Shown here one piece after another: positions 34,189 to 42,419 of a stretch of DNA of 64,000 bases. The stretch comes from an uncultured Clostridia bacterium (lineage in GTDB: Bacteria; Bacillota; Clostridia; Christensenellales; Borkfalkiaceae). The position numbers were made by a program, and so were the translations under genes. The stretch covers positions 9,733-73,732 of the forward strand of contig CALGVF010000082.1 of the NCBI GenBank assembly GCA_937920115.1. The letters run 5' to 3'. Under the pieces are notes generated by a model. That model ran no database searches, had not been told where the DNA came from, and worked only from the letters and a program-made list of their open reading frames with translations. Every line of letters begins with the position of its first letter. The first letter of the stretch is position 1.

Positions 34189-34268
34189 TATATTATACCA
34201 TATATAGATAGCGTTGTCAAGTATTTAAACAAACTTTTTTAAAATATTTTTATCCTGAAACCGTCCGC
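34189..34268. repeat. 80-nt exact repeat (copy 1) carrying promoter and UP region
   Basis: Identical to 34999-35078. Confidence 0.85.
34192..34220 (-). promoter_or_regulatory. Leftward consensus promoter P1
   Basis: On the minus strand: TTGACA (34220-15), 17-nt spacer, TATAAT (34197-92). Lies within an 80-nt exact repeat. Confidence 0.7.
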
Positions 34269-34409
34269 CCGGGAACGGCTACCGAGTAGCACGGACCTCA
34301 TCGGACTGCCCGGAGATAAAGTGATTTTCTGTTGTGGATATTCTCCGATAGGCTACGCGCCGTAACGCGGATTCGGGGTGCGGGGTGACGGCTTTGCACG
34401 GCTATATAA

Positions 34410-34443
34410 GACAAAAGAAAAACGGAACGATTTCCGCTCCGTT
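34410..34443 (-). terminator. Leftward terminator
   Basis: Minus strand: AACGGA-loop-TCCGTT followed by TTTTCTTTTG. Confidence 0.6.
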
Positions 34444-34451
34444 TATTCTTG

Positions 34452-34682
34452 TTATTTGCCTTGTATGCCTTGCAAAAAGTCTTTAACCATTGCCAAGCAA
34501 CTATCTGCCGTTACGCAGATTTTAAACGAGTTGTTCTCGCAGGTGACATGTAAATATTCTTCGTCACCGTCAAAGATATAATCGCAATCATTAAAGCCTG
34601 CCTGCCTTGCTAATGGCTTTATAATATTGACTGTAAAGCGTCTTTTGCCCATGTAATTTTCGCCGTATAATGGTTTTCTCAT
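34452..34682 (-). CDS. Hypothetical protein (76 aa)
   Basis: Second gene of cassette 2. Terminator directly downstream. Confidence 0.5.
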   Translation of the reverse strand: MRKPLYGENYMGKRRFTVNIIKPLARQAGFNDCDYIFDGDEEYLHVTCENNSFKICVTADSCLAMVKDFLQGIQGK

Positions 34683-34684
34683 TG

Positions 34685-34957
34685 TTACGCCCTCCCTGAG
34701 TTTATTTTGTCCGCTGTTTCGCTTAATATCGAGCGGTATTCTCTTTCGCCGTCATCCGTCCCGCGATCTTCGTTTTCTTCGTCATAAACGGCACACAAGC
34801 CTAACATAGTCAACTCTGAATTGTTAAGTCCAAAACTTTCTTTTAACCATTCCGAAACGGCTACATCGCCATCTTCTTCAGTTTTTTGCTTTATGATTTC
34901 ATTAAATAGCCATAGCCTGAAATCATCAATCATGTTGTACGTTTTCTTTTCGTCCAT
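34685..34957 (-). CDS. Acidic hypothetical protein (90 aa)
   Basis: ATG at 34957 with RBS aaaggag. The track start at 34987 is too close to the TSS. Confidence 0.5.
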   Translation of the reverse strand: MDEKKTYNMIDDFRLWLFNEIIKQKTEEDGDVAVSEWLKESFGLNNSELTMLGLCAVYDEENEDRGTDDGEREYRSILSETADKINSGRA

Positions 34958-34998
34958 ATATAAATCTCCTTTGCAATGGCTTTCCATCCACTTGCAAG

Positions 34999-35078
34999 TA
35001 TATTATACCATATATAGATAGCGTTGTCAAGTATTTAAACAAACTTTTTTAAAATATTTTTATCCTGAAACCGTCCGC
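34999..35078. repeat. 80-nt exact repeat (copy 2)
   Basis: Identical to 34189-34268. Confidence 0.85.
35002..35030 (-). promoter_or_regulatory. Leftward consensus promoter P2
   Basis: TTGACA (35030-25), 17-nt spacer, TATAAT (35007-02). Confidence 0.7.
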
Positions 35079-35111
35079 AACCCGCCGCCCGGAGATTAGC
35101 ACGGACTATAT

Positions 35112-35141
35112 AGAAAAAAGGCGGAACGCAATGTCCCGTCC
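35112..35141 (-). terminator. Leftward terminator (imperfect stem)
   Basis: GGACG/CG(T)TCC stem with one bulge, followed by a TTTTTT run on the minus strand. Confidence 0.4.
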
Positions 35142-35169
35142 TTTTCCTTGATTGAGATTTATATATATG

Positions 35170-35376
35170 TTATGTGTGAGCGTAAATATTAAGGTTAAAA
35201 TCGTTTTTAGTGGATCGCGTTGTCTTTATTGCTTTATTGAAATAATCTATCGCGGATTGTTTATCTTCGGTGTACATCATACCATAGGCGACTGCCTTTG
35301 TTTGACGTTCAACGCCATAAAGTCCGCAATCATATTTTACAAGGCATATCGAGCCTTTTCTCGCTAATATAATCAT
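35170..35376 (-). CDS. Hypothetical protein (68 aa)
   Basis: Last gene of the four-gene cassette 3. Confidence 0.5.
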   Translation of the reverse strand: MIILARKGSICLVKYDCGLYGVERQTKAVAYGMMYTEDKQSAIDYFNKAIKTTRSTKNDFNLNIYAHT

Positions 35377-35379
35377 CGT

Positions 35380-35538
35380 TTATTCTCCCTTTGCTTGCTG
35401 TTCGAGCATTGTGTATTTTAAATCGTATAACTTCGTCAATTTAGCCGTTATTCTATCCTGTTCGACCTGATTGCCGTCCGCTTCTCTTCGGGCGATTAAA
35501 AGCCGTCCTATGGCTTCCTTTAACGCTTCTATCGTCAT
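35380..35538 (-). CDS. Small helical protein (52 aa), tentative
   Basis: MTIEALKEAIGRLLIARREADGNQ... with an ATGA overlap with the upstream gene. Confidence 0.4.
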   Translation of the reverse strand: MTIEALKEAIGRLLIARREADGNQVEQDRITAKLTKLYDLKYTMLEQQAKGE

Positions 35539-35840
35539 AATAAATTCTCCATAATCCATTCAATCGCCTGCTTTTCGGTATGTCCCGGGTGTTCTTTCGA
35601 CCATTGTTTGAGCCTTAACTCTTTTGTCTTTCTATCGATTGATCCGGCGGGAGTATCCGCAATAGCGATTTCAAAGCCGTTTAACGCTCTTTTCATTTTA
35701 CCATCTTCGAGTTCTTCGTATGGTATCAGACCGTAATATGTGTTATTGTTTTCCGTTCTGTTATGGTATTTCGGGTTCGTATCGGTTATCAATACGAACT
35801 CGCGATTCATTATATTTACATTTTTTGTTAAAACTTTCAT
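35535..35840 (-). CDS. Hypothetical protein (101 aa)
   Basis: ATG at 35840, 1 nt after the upstream stop. RBS ggtga. Confidence 0.5.
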   Translation of the reverse strand: MKVLTKNVNIMNREFVLITDTNPKYHNRTENNNTYYGLIPYEELEDGKMKRALNGFEIAIADTPAGSIDRKTKELRLKQWSKEHPGHTEKQAIEWIMENLL

Positions 35841-35841
35841 A

Positions 35842-36057
35842 TCATTCACCATCCTTTTCAACTTCAAATTTTGCCTCGGAAATCAGTAAATATAATTTCT
35901 TATACTTCTCTGCTTCTTTGAGATAAAATTGTTTTAAGCCGGAAACTTCGGCTTCTTCTGCGTACTTCTGAGCGCGTTCGATTATGGAATCCAACGTCGC
36001 CAAAATTTCGCCCGTCTGAGTACCATCAAGTTTTACTACTTTTACCAACCTTTCCAT
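35842..36057 (-). CDS. Hypothetical coiled-coil protein (71 aa)
   Basis: First gene of cassette 3. RBS aaaggag. Confidence 0.5.
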   Translation of the reverse strand: MERLVKVVKLDGTQTGEILATLDSIIERAQKYAEEAEVSGLKQFYLKEAEKYKKLYLLISEAKFEVEKDGE

Positions 36058-36099
36058 ATTATATAAATCTCCTTTGGCTCTCGCCCTTCAACTATCTAT

Positions 36100-36128
36100 A
36101 TTGCACCATATCTTGATAGCAATGTCAA
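36100..36128 (-). promoter_or_regulatory. Leftward promoter P3
   Basis: TTGACA (36128-23), 17-nt spacer, TGgTGCAAT (36108-00). Confidence 0.5.
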
Positions 36129-36204
36129 CTATTTTTCGCAACTTTTTGAAAGTATTTTTATTTTTTCTTCGCCCGGAGAACGGCTCGCAATTTTGCACGG
36201 CTAC

Positions 36205-36238
36205 CGGGATAAAAAAAGCGAGGATTTCTCCCCGCTTT
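36205..36238 (-). terminator. Leftward terminator
   Basis: AAGCGGGGAG...CCTCGCTT stem followed by TTTTTTT on the minus strand. Confidence 0.55.
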
Positions 36239-36241
36239 CGG

Positions 36242-36823
36242 TTAGTCGCATAAAAACTCCCACGAACTGATTTTTCTAAGTCCGTAACGCTTTAAATACG
36301 TTTGTAAGCGTTTTTCAAAACGTTCTTTGCATTTCTTCAACGCGACTATGTAACCCGCTCTATCGTCGGCAGAAATGACTTTGTGCGGCTTGTTTCCGTA
36401 ATACGTTGAATGTTTATATTCAGACATAAAGCCGACCGTATAAAAGCCGTTCAAGCCTGTTCCGAACAGATAGCCGTTTCTTGTTTCGTCCTCGGCTTGC
36501 TTTATCTGAACGTCTATCTGTTTCAGATTTTCCGAAATGAAAAACTTTTCAGATTTTCTCGCCCGTTCCGCAAGATCTGAGGCTTCGTTCATCTGTTCCT
36601 GACTTGAAACGCCACAGAATCCATAACCAAAACAAAACGATGTTTTTATCTTCGGCTTTTCAATTTCTACGATCTCCCCCGATGTTAATTCCGTTAGGCT
36701 ATCGAGATATGTATTTTTTAACCATTTAACATACTTGCGGCTGTTTTCGTCGTCGCCGTATTTTTTAATGTAACTGTTTTCAAGTGTTGCGTATAAGTCT
36801 TTTACTTCTTTTAAATTTTTCAT
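36242..36823 (-). CDS. Hypothetical protein (193 aa)
   Basis: ATG at 36823, 1 nt after the upstream stop. Confidence 0.5.
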   Translation of the reverse strand: MKNLKEVKDLYATLENSYIKKYGDDENSRKYVKWLKNTYLDSLTELTSGEIVEIEKPKIKTSFCFGYGFCGVSSQEQMNEASDLAERARKSEKFFISENLKQIDVQIKQAEDETRNGYLFGTGLNGFYTVGFMSEYKHSTYYGNKPHKVISADDRAGYIVALKKCKERFEKRLQTYLKRYGLRKISSWEFLCD

Positions 36824-36824
36824 A

Positions 36825-37169
36825 TTATTTCTCTCTTCTTGCCTCAATTTCTTTTTTCTTTTTAAGTAGTTTATTTGCGAGTTCTGAATACATACATTGT
36901 ATCTTTTCCGCATCTTCTATAAGGGTACTTATAGAACTCGGGACACCGTAAGTTCCTCTCATTTCAATCAACGGCTCAACGTGTTCGTCTATATCGAATG
37001 ACAGAGCAATCTCGCTCACTTGCACAAAAATGTCCGCATCTTTGTTAAGATATTCAACCAAATTCTCACCAGCGGGTGACCAGTTTTCTATCTCAATATC
37101 TTTATTCGTAACGTTAACATTCCATCCGCAATCTTTAATTACTTTTAAATATTCTTTGTATCCTTTCAT
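36825..37169 (-). CDS. Hypothetical protein (114 aa)
   Basis: ATG at 37169 with RBS agagagg. Confidence 0.5.
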   Translation of the reverse strand: MKGYKEYLKVIKDCGWNVNVTNKDIEIENWSPAGENLVEYLNKDADIFVQVSEIALSFDIDEHVEPLIEMRGTYGVPSSISTLIEDAEKIQCMYSELANKLLKKKKEIEARREK

Positions 37170-37219
37170 ATATACAACCTCTCTTTTTGTGAACGTTTCC
37201 CCGCTCACTTTCTGATTAT

Positions 37220-37248
37220 ATTATACTACATATAGATAGCATTGTCAA
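37220..37248 (-). promoter_or_regulatory. Leftward consensus promoter P4
   Basis: TTGACA (37248-43), 17-nt spacer, TATAAT (37225-20). Confidence 0.7.
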
Positions 37249-37440
37249 CCGTTTAAACAAACTTTTTAAAAAATTTTTTAATTATTTTTGACTTGCTCTG
37301 CGTCCGGAGATTTGCACGGCTTGCGTCTGTTCTGCTATGATGTGATATCCACAAGAAAAACTCCGGGCGGTGCTTTGTGGTTTTTCCGTTCGCTCTGTTC
37401 TGTCGTCGAAGTTCTTAGCACGGCTTACGGAAGGCAAAAA

Positions 37441-37474
37441 GAAAACCGCCCTTTCGAGCGGTTTTTCGATTTTA
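37441..37474 (-). terminator. Leftward terminator overlapping the stop codon
   Basis: AAACCGC/GCGGTTT stem followed by TCTTTTTG on the minus strand. Confidence 0.6.
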
Positions 37475-37903
37475 TCCGATTGCTATTATGTTTGATATTT
37501 TAATGTCAAAACAAGCCGTTTGACTGCTTTTTCTGTCGCTGACGAGTTTCTGTTCAACAAGTTCCGCCTTCGTCGTTTTTTCGCCATTTATCGTCCATTC
37601 AGAACGCGTTACCGTATGCGTTGTATAAACTCGCAACATATATTCGCCCGTCTTTTCCGACTGTAAGATATAATTAACGTCGCCGTCTTTCCATACCTTA
37701 CCATTAAGCCCGCCCGTTTCCTTGTTTACGTTCGCTTTCAGGTGCGAGTAATTTATTCCTAAGCGGTAAACGCCTTTACACTTTTTGACGATGTTTTTAT
37801 CTCTACCCGCCGCAAACGTATAAGGGTTAGCGTAATACTCTATGCAAACGAACGCGCCTTTTCTTTTGTCTTTTGCCTTTTCGATAACTTCTTGTAATTC
37901 CAT
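37472..37903 (-). CDS. Hypothetical protein (143 aa)
   Basis: Single-gene cassette 5. RBS agagagg. Confidence 0.55.
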   Translation of the reverse strand: MELQEVIEKAKDKRKGAFVCIEYYANPYTFAAGRDKNIVKKCKGVYRLGINYSHLKANVNKETGGLNGKVWKDGDVNYILQSEKTGEYMLRVYTTHTVTRSEWTINGEKTTKAELVEQKLVSDRKSSQTACFDIKISNIIAIG

Positions 37904-37943
37904 ATATATACCTCTCTTTTGCCTTTCGGCTTTATCTATATAT

Positions 37944-37972
37944 AGTATACTATATTTAGTTTATTTTGTCAA
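37944..37972 (-). promoter_or_regulatory. Leftward promoter P5
   Basis: TTGACA (37972-67), 17-nt spacer, TATACT (37949-44). Confidence 0.65.
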
Positions 37973-38041
37973 CTATTTTTCGCAAGTTTTTTAAAATATT
38001 TTTTATTGTCTGATAGCCGGATGTTTTGCACGGCTACCCGA

Positions 38042-38072
38042 AGATAAAAAGAAAACGCCCTTTCCGGGCGTT
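38042..38072 (-). terminator. Leftward terminator
   Basis: AACGCCC/GGGCGTT stem followed by TTCTTTTTAT on the minus strand. Confidence 0.65.
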
Positions 38073-38077
38073 CGCTT

Positions 38078-38683
38078 TTAATGTAATTTAAAGTAAACCG
38101 CTTGCCCCTCTCTCAGGCTCCAACAACTTTTGCAGAACTTGCAAGAGCCTTGACAAGGGATCGCAAACTCGGGGATGTTATTTTCGGCGGGATCTTTTAA
38201 CTCTACATATGCAACCGGGAAATTATGCGGATTGTCGACTTTAAACGATTTTCCCCAACCACTGAAAACGATATGCAAATTATCGGGAATGTTTCCGCCG
38301 TTCGCGATAAACTCGTTGACGATTTCAAATTTTTTAGTAAATGCTAAAAATTTTGTATCGGGGGAATTTTTCGCGATGTTTATCATCATTTCAAAAAACT
38401 TTTTATTGACGATATCGCCCGAAGAAAACCAACGAAAGAAACGATAAACAATATCGCCGTTATTGATCCATTCGGTAACGTCTTTTTCGAGTTTTTCGGG
38501 GTTGTTTATAAACTCGTTCAGGTTGTTTTTTAAAGATTGTTGAACGTTACCATACATCCAATTACCTTTGCAAGCATAGCAATTTTTTTTACAAGGCGCA
38601 TCGCATCTACAAGTTACGATCGCGGGAAGATTAAACGAAGGGATTTTGTCCCCGAGTTTACTGTTACTTAAAGAAATATGCAT
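38078..38683 (-). CDS. GP88-like Cys-rich protein (tentative family call)
   Basis: 201 aa from the ATG at 38683 (RBS ggtga). N-terminus SLSNSKLG...FNLPAIVTCRCDAPCKKNCYACKG. C-terminus CQGSCKFCKSC. Confidence 0.5.
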   Translation of the reverse strand: MHISLSNSKLGDKIPSFNLPAIVTCRCDAPCKKNCYACKGNWMYGNVQQSLKNNLNEFINNPEKLEKDVTEWINNGDIVYRFFRWFSSGDIVNKKFFEMMINIAKNSPDTKFLAFTKKFEIVNEFIANGGNIPDNLHIVFSGWGKSFKVDNPHNFPVAYVELKDPAENNIPEFAIPCQGSCKFCKSCWSLREGQAVYFKLH

Positions 38684-38739
38684 CTCAATCACCATTGCAA
38701 GCCGTTCGCATCGGCTCGCCCTTTCTTTTTTCTGATTAT

Positions 38740-38768
38740 ATTATACTATATATTGATAACAATATCAA
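38740..38768 (-). promoter_or_regulatory. Leftward promoter P6
   Basis: TTGATA (38768-63), 17-nt spacer, TATAAT (38745-40). Confidence 0.6.
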
Positions 38769-38987
38769 CTATTTTTAACAACTTTTTTAAATTATTTTTT
38801 ATATTTTTGTCGCGTATTTGCCCGGGTATACGCGTATATAGGCACGGGCAACATATATCTTTTATGAACGCCCGCCCCGCCCCTCGCCGAAGTTCCACAA
38901 GCAAAGCAAAGCAGGGTAGGGGTGGTGGGCGAAAGGTATTTTGCAGGAGTGTGTTAAGTGAATCATCCCTCCCGCGTCCAACCCAAC

Positions 38988-39064
38988 CTTAGGCAGTTTT
39001 TAAATTTCCCGTAGCGACCTTAGGCAGTTTTTGAGATAATCCAAACCAAACTTAGGCAGTTTTT
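38988..39064 (+). promoter_or_regulatory. Three iterons CTTAGGCAGTTTTT
   Basis: Exact 14-mers at 38988-39001, 39019-39032 and 39051-39064, spaced 31 and 32 bp. Confidence 0.75.
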
Positions 39065-39621
39065 GACAAAGCAATGCAACCCGACTAATTTTTTTTGCAA
39101 ATGAAGTTATATAACAAAACAAACAAATTTAAAAACGAGCCAAAAAGAATTGTGATAGTGGAGTGATAAAAGTAAAATAAAGCAATTTTAAGTGCAATTT
39201 TTAAAATCGCAAAAATCTACTGTAATTATCGTTTTTTTTGGTGTGGATTTACCCTCTTTTGGCATATTATTATGTATTTTTCTATATTATATACGTGAAA
39301 ACGAGAAAAGAAATATATATAAAGGAATAGAAAAATATACATTATTTTACGCAAAAATAGGCAAATAAAGTAGAAAAAGTCGAGAAATTATCGAAGATTT
39401 TGGAGAAAACAAAAACTGCACTTAAATTTAAAACTCGGCATTAAATTATGACGAAGCAGTGAAAATGCGACCAAAAAGACCGAAAAGTCGCAAAAGTCGC
39501 AAGAAAACGAAAACAAATCTCTTCTCAATCAGAAGTGTGGATATTCCTTTCCGCTTACTGCAATACAGAAACGGGGTAACAGGGGAAACCGCAAAAATTT
39601 TAAAAATTTTCGTAAAAACTC

Positions 39622-39650
39622 TTTACAAAAAGAAAAATGTGTGGTATTAT
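39622..39650 (+). promoter_or_regulatory. Promoter of the scaffold/capsid operon
   Basis: TTTACA (39622-27), 17-nt spacer, TGgTATTAT (39642-50). Leader hairpin CCGACT/AGTCGG. Confidence 0.55.
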
Positions 39651-39719
39651 GTAGACGAAAAGGCATACCGACTGCCCTAAGTCGGGCATATTAACTCAAG
39701 GAGAGAGGTAAAATTCCGA

Positions 39720-40544
39720 ATGCAGAATGAAATCAAAGAAGAGGTAAAGAAACCCGAATCCGAAGCAGACAAAGAACTTAGCGATTTGTTTGTGAAAGAC
39801 GAGGAGGTGACCGCTACCGAAAACAATGCAGATACCCTTACTGCTGGGCAGGAAACCGACGGAACGAAAGAGGACATCGAAGTCAAAACCGAAGAGCCGT
39901 CCGTCGATATGTCGGCTGAAGAAAAAAGCGGCGCGGAAAATTTCGTAAAAACCGAAAACTTATCGCAAAAAGACACAGCGCAGACTGATGCGCCGGAAGT
40001 CGAAAAAGCGATATTCACGCAGTCACAGGTCAATAAATTGGCAGGCAAGGCAAGAGAAGAAGGCAGAGCGTCGGCTTTGAAAGAATTGTTTGCGAGATAC
40101 GGTGTGGCTGACGAGAACGAATTGAACGGAATATTCGGCAAAGGACAAACGTATGACGATCTGAACGAAGAATATGCCGCGCAGGGCAATTCGGTCAGAG
40201 AAGTCAGAGCCGAAAACGCTTTACTCAGAACGAACATAGTTCCCGAACGTTGGGACGACGTTAAAGCGATTCTTGGCACGAAAGGTCTTGAGGTTTCTCA
40301 GGAAAACATTACCGCAGAATTGGCGACGCATCCGGAATGGCGAGGAGCGAGTGTGGCAGTTGAATCGGAAAAGAAACCGTTCAGCCCGGAGTTGGGCGAG
40401 CAACTGAAGAACACGCCGACGCAGAAACCGGACGCGACGGAAAGCAAGATGTCGCCGCTCAGACGGTTAGGCACTGAAAACGGCGAAAACGAATCTCCCG
40501 AAGTTTCCGAAGAGAAGAAAATTCTTTCGATGTTCGGGCTGTAA
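39720..40544 (+). CDS. Scaffolding protein (DUF4355-like)
   Basis: 274 aa, acidic and helical. FTQSQVNKLAGKAREEGR is typical of phage scaffolds. Lies immediately upstream of the capsid gene. Strong RBS aaggagagagg. Confidence 0.65.
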   Translation: MQNEIKEEVKKPESEADKELSDLFVKDEEVTATENNADTLTAGQETDGTKEDIEVKTEEPSVDMSAEEKSGAENFVKTENLSQKDTAQTDAPEVEKAIFTQSQVNKLAGKAREEGRASALKELFARYGVADENELNGIFGKGQTYDDLNEEYAAQGNSVREVRAENALLRTNIVPERWDDVKAILGTKGLEVSQENITAELATHPEWRGASVAVESEKKPFSPELGEQLKNTPTQKPDATESKMSPLRRLGTENGENESPEVSEEKKILSMFGL

Positions 40545-40625
40545 AAACTTACGATTCGAACGAACCGAACTGTAAAAATTTTACGCAATCTAATTCTGTG
40601 GATTATCCAAAGGAGAAAGTGAATT

Positions 40626-41042
40626 ATGACTATCGATGAGGCTAAGAAAGCATTTGACGAAATGAGAGCGCAGGGCGCGGACGATAATGCGATACTCGGA
40701 ACGCTGTACAGAATGTTCCAAGACGACAAAATCGACGTAGAGCAACTCGGCGCGCTCGTAAACGTACTCGGATATGAACTTACGGACGAATTCAAGCAGA
40801 TGACGCCCGAAGATCAAAAGACGAAAGGTTGGGAAGCCGATGACGAAAGCGAAAAAGCGGAAGGCGTGACCGACGAAGAAGTCGAAAAAGCGAAAGAGTA
40901 CGGCGACGATCCTGACGAAAGGAGCGGTAACGCATCCGACGAAAAATCGGACGAAACGGATGCCGAATCCGATAAAAAGGACGAGGAAGAATCCGACGAG
41001 GAAGCGACTAAAAAGGCGAGGAAAATATTCGGTTTGGACTAA
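40626..41042 (+). CDS. Highly acidic small head-module protein
   Basis: 138 aa with RBS aaaggag. Asp/Glu-rich C-terminal half ending in KIFGLD. Confidence 0.55.
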   Translation: MTIDEAKKAFDEMRAQGADDNAILGTLYRMFQDDKIDVEQLGALVNVLGYELTDEFKQMTPEDQKTKGWEADDESEKAEGVTDEEVEKAKEYGDDPDERSGNASDEKSDETDAESDKKDEEESDEEATKKARKIFGLD

Positions 41043-41069
41043 AAATTTATTTTTTTAGGAGAAACCTAT

Positions 41070-42281
41070 ATGGCTGGTAACAATATAGAACTTATTACCA
41101 AGTATAGCACCAAAGCGTTCGACGAAGTTTACAAACAGGAATCGGTTACGGCGGCTTTGGACGTCCCCAACGCGTTTATGGAATTCACGGGTGCAAAGAC
41201 CGTTAAAATCAGAAAATTCCAGACGGGCGGACTTAACAGTTATTCGAGAAACAACAACGCGGGCGGTTACGGCGACACGAGAATTGATCAGCCTTCGGGC
41301 GATTATTATGGTTCTGCGGGATTCGGTTATAAGCAGACGAGCGCGAAAGTCGAATGGGAAGAAAGAACCCTTAAGATGGACAGAGCGGCGGCTATTCCGA
41401 TTGAGTATTTCGATAACGAGGAAGCGGGCGGCGACGTAGTATCGCTTACGGCATCCGAATTTATGAGAACCGTTATGGTCCCCGAAAACGACGCGTACAC
41501 GCTTTCGACGATTGCGGCGAATGCGGGTAAGGTTGTATCCGAGGCAATCGCAGACAATAAAGCCCTTGCGGCATTAAACAGCGCGTTCCTGTATTTCGAG
41601 GAAAACGAAGTTCCCGCAAACGATCAGGTTATCTTCGCGTCGCCGGCATTCATGAAGAAACTTCGTGAAACGACCGAAATGACGAGATTCCTCGGCGAGG
41701 ATGTAAAAGACAGAAAAGTCAATTACAAAATCACGAATTACGAAGGTAGAGATATTATCACGGTATCTCCGCAGAGGCTTCATACGGGCTTCAAGGCTTA
41801 CGAAGGCGGTTATGGATGGGCAAGCGGTTCTGCGGCTATCAACTTCCTTGCGGTAGCGAAATCCGCAGTCGTACACGTTAAAAAATTCGAGCAGTTGAAA
41901 ATCGTAAGCGGCGACATGAACCTTGCCGGTAACGGATTCGACGGTTACACGATTTATGCACGTATGTATTACGATGTGTTTGTACTCGACAACAAGAAAT
42001 ACGGTATTTACGCGAGCATTTCGGCGACTGCTGAAACCGCAGACGTCCCTATGGTAAAACTTGAAATCGAAACGGACACCGCGCATAAGATTACCAAGAT
42101 TACCACTACTCCTCCGAACACGCTTTGCTTTGTAGCGACGGGAACTAAGTCCGGTACTTCCTTGACTTCGCCTGTTCTTGCAAAAGTTGGCGATACTGTT
42201 GCTCAGGATGCTAAGTATTACGCAATTACTTCCGATAAGACCATTATCAGTAACGAAGTAAGCCCCAATCCTAAGGGTTAA
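41070..42281 (+). CDS. Major capsid protein with C-terminal Ig-like extension
   Basis: 403 aa, follows the scaffold, RBS taggag, terminator follows. The fold was not verifiable by eye. Confidence 0.7.
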   Translation: MAGNNIELITKYSTKAFDEVYKQESVTAALDVPNAFMEFTGAKTVKIRKFQTGGLNSYSRNNNAGGYGDTRIDQPSGDYYGSAGFGYKQTSAKVEWEERTLKMDRAAAIPIEYFDNEEAGGDVVSLTASEFMRTVMVPENDAYTLSTIAANAGKVVSEAIADNKALAALNSAFLYFEENEVPANDQVIFASPAFMKKLRETTEMTRFLGEDVKDRKVNYKITNYEGRDIITVSPQRLHTGFKAYEGGYGWASGSAAINFLAVAKSAVVHVKKFEQLKIVSGDMNLAGNGFDGYTIYARMYYDVFVLDNKKYGIYASISATAETADVPMVKLEIETDTAHKITKITTTPPNTLCFVATGTKSGTSLTSPVLAKVGDTVAQDAKYYAITSDKTIISNEVSPNPKG

Positions 42282-42315
42282 TTGCGTAACTCGGCGAACA
42301 ATTTAATCTAACACA

Positions 42316-42353
42316 AAAGGCTATCATTCCGAAAAGGTTTGGTAGCCTTTTTG
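42316..42353 (+). terminator. Rho-independent terminator after the capsid gene
   Basis: AAAGGCTA (42316-23) / TAGCCTTT (42343-50) followed by TTTG. Confidence 0.65.
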
Positions 42354-42383
42354 AAATATTTTTAAAATCTTTTTAGAAAACAC

Positions 42384-42412
42384 TTGACAAGATTTTAAGG
42401 TTGTGATAATAT
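42384..42412 (+). promoter_or_regulatory. Promoter of the ncRNA-tRNA unit
   Basis: TTGACA (42384-89), 17-nt spacer, TGaTAATAT (42404-12). Confidence 0.6.
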
Positions 42413-42419
42413 ATGCTTA

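Noticed and set aside
33455-38830. CRISPR-like or integron-like array, because of the regularly repeated ~80-100-bp elements
   Set aside because: The repeats are promoter regions of unequal spacing (0.6-1.1 kb) that separate protein-coding cassettes with their own terminators. There are no short uniform spacers, no cas or integrase gene, and no attC-like sites.
28023-39064. Invertible or mobile 11-kb segment bounded by the inverted TTAGGCAGTTT iterons
   Set aside because: No recombinase or invertase gene is present in or near the segment. The inverted elements are only 11-14 bp. The segment contains essential portal and head genes whose orientation matches their promoters.
39677-40795. Long minus-strand ORFs (200 aa and 165 aa) opposite the scaffold and acidic-protein genes
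   Set aside because: These are Ser-rich shadow frames of GA-rich (Glu/Lys/Asp) coding sequence. They have no RBS or promoter.
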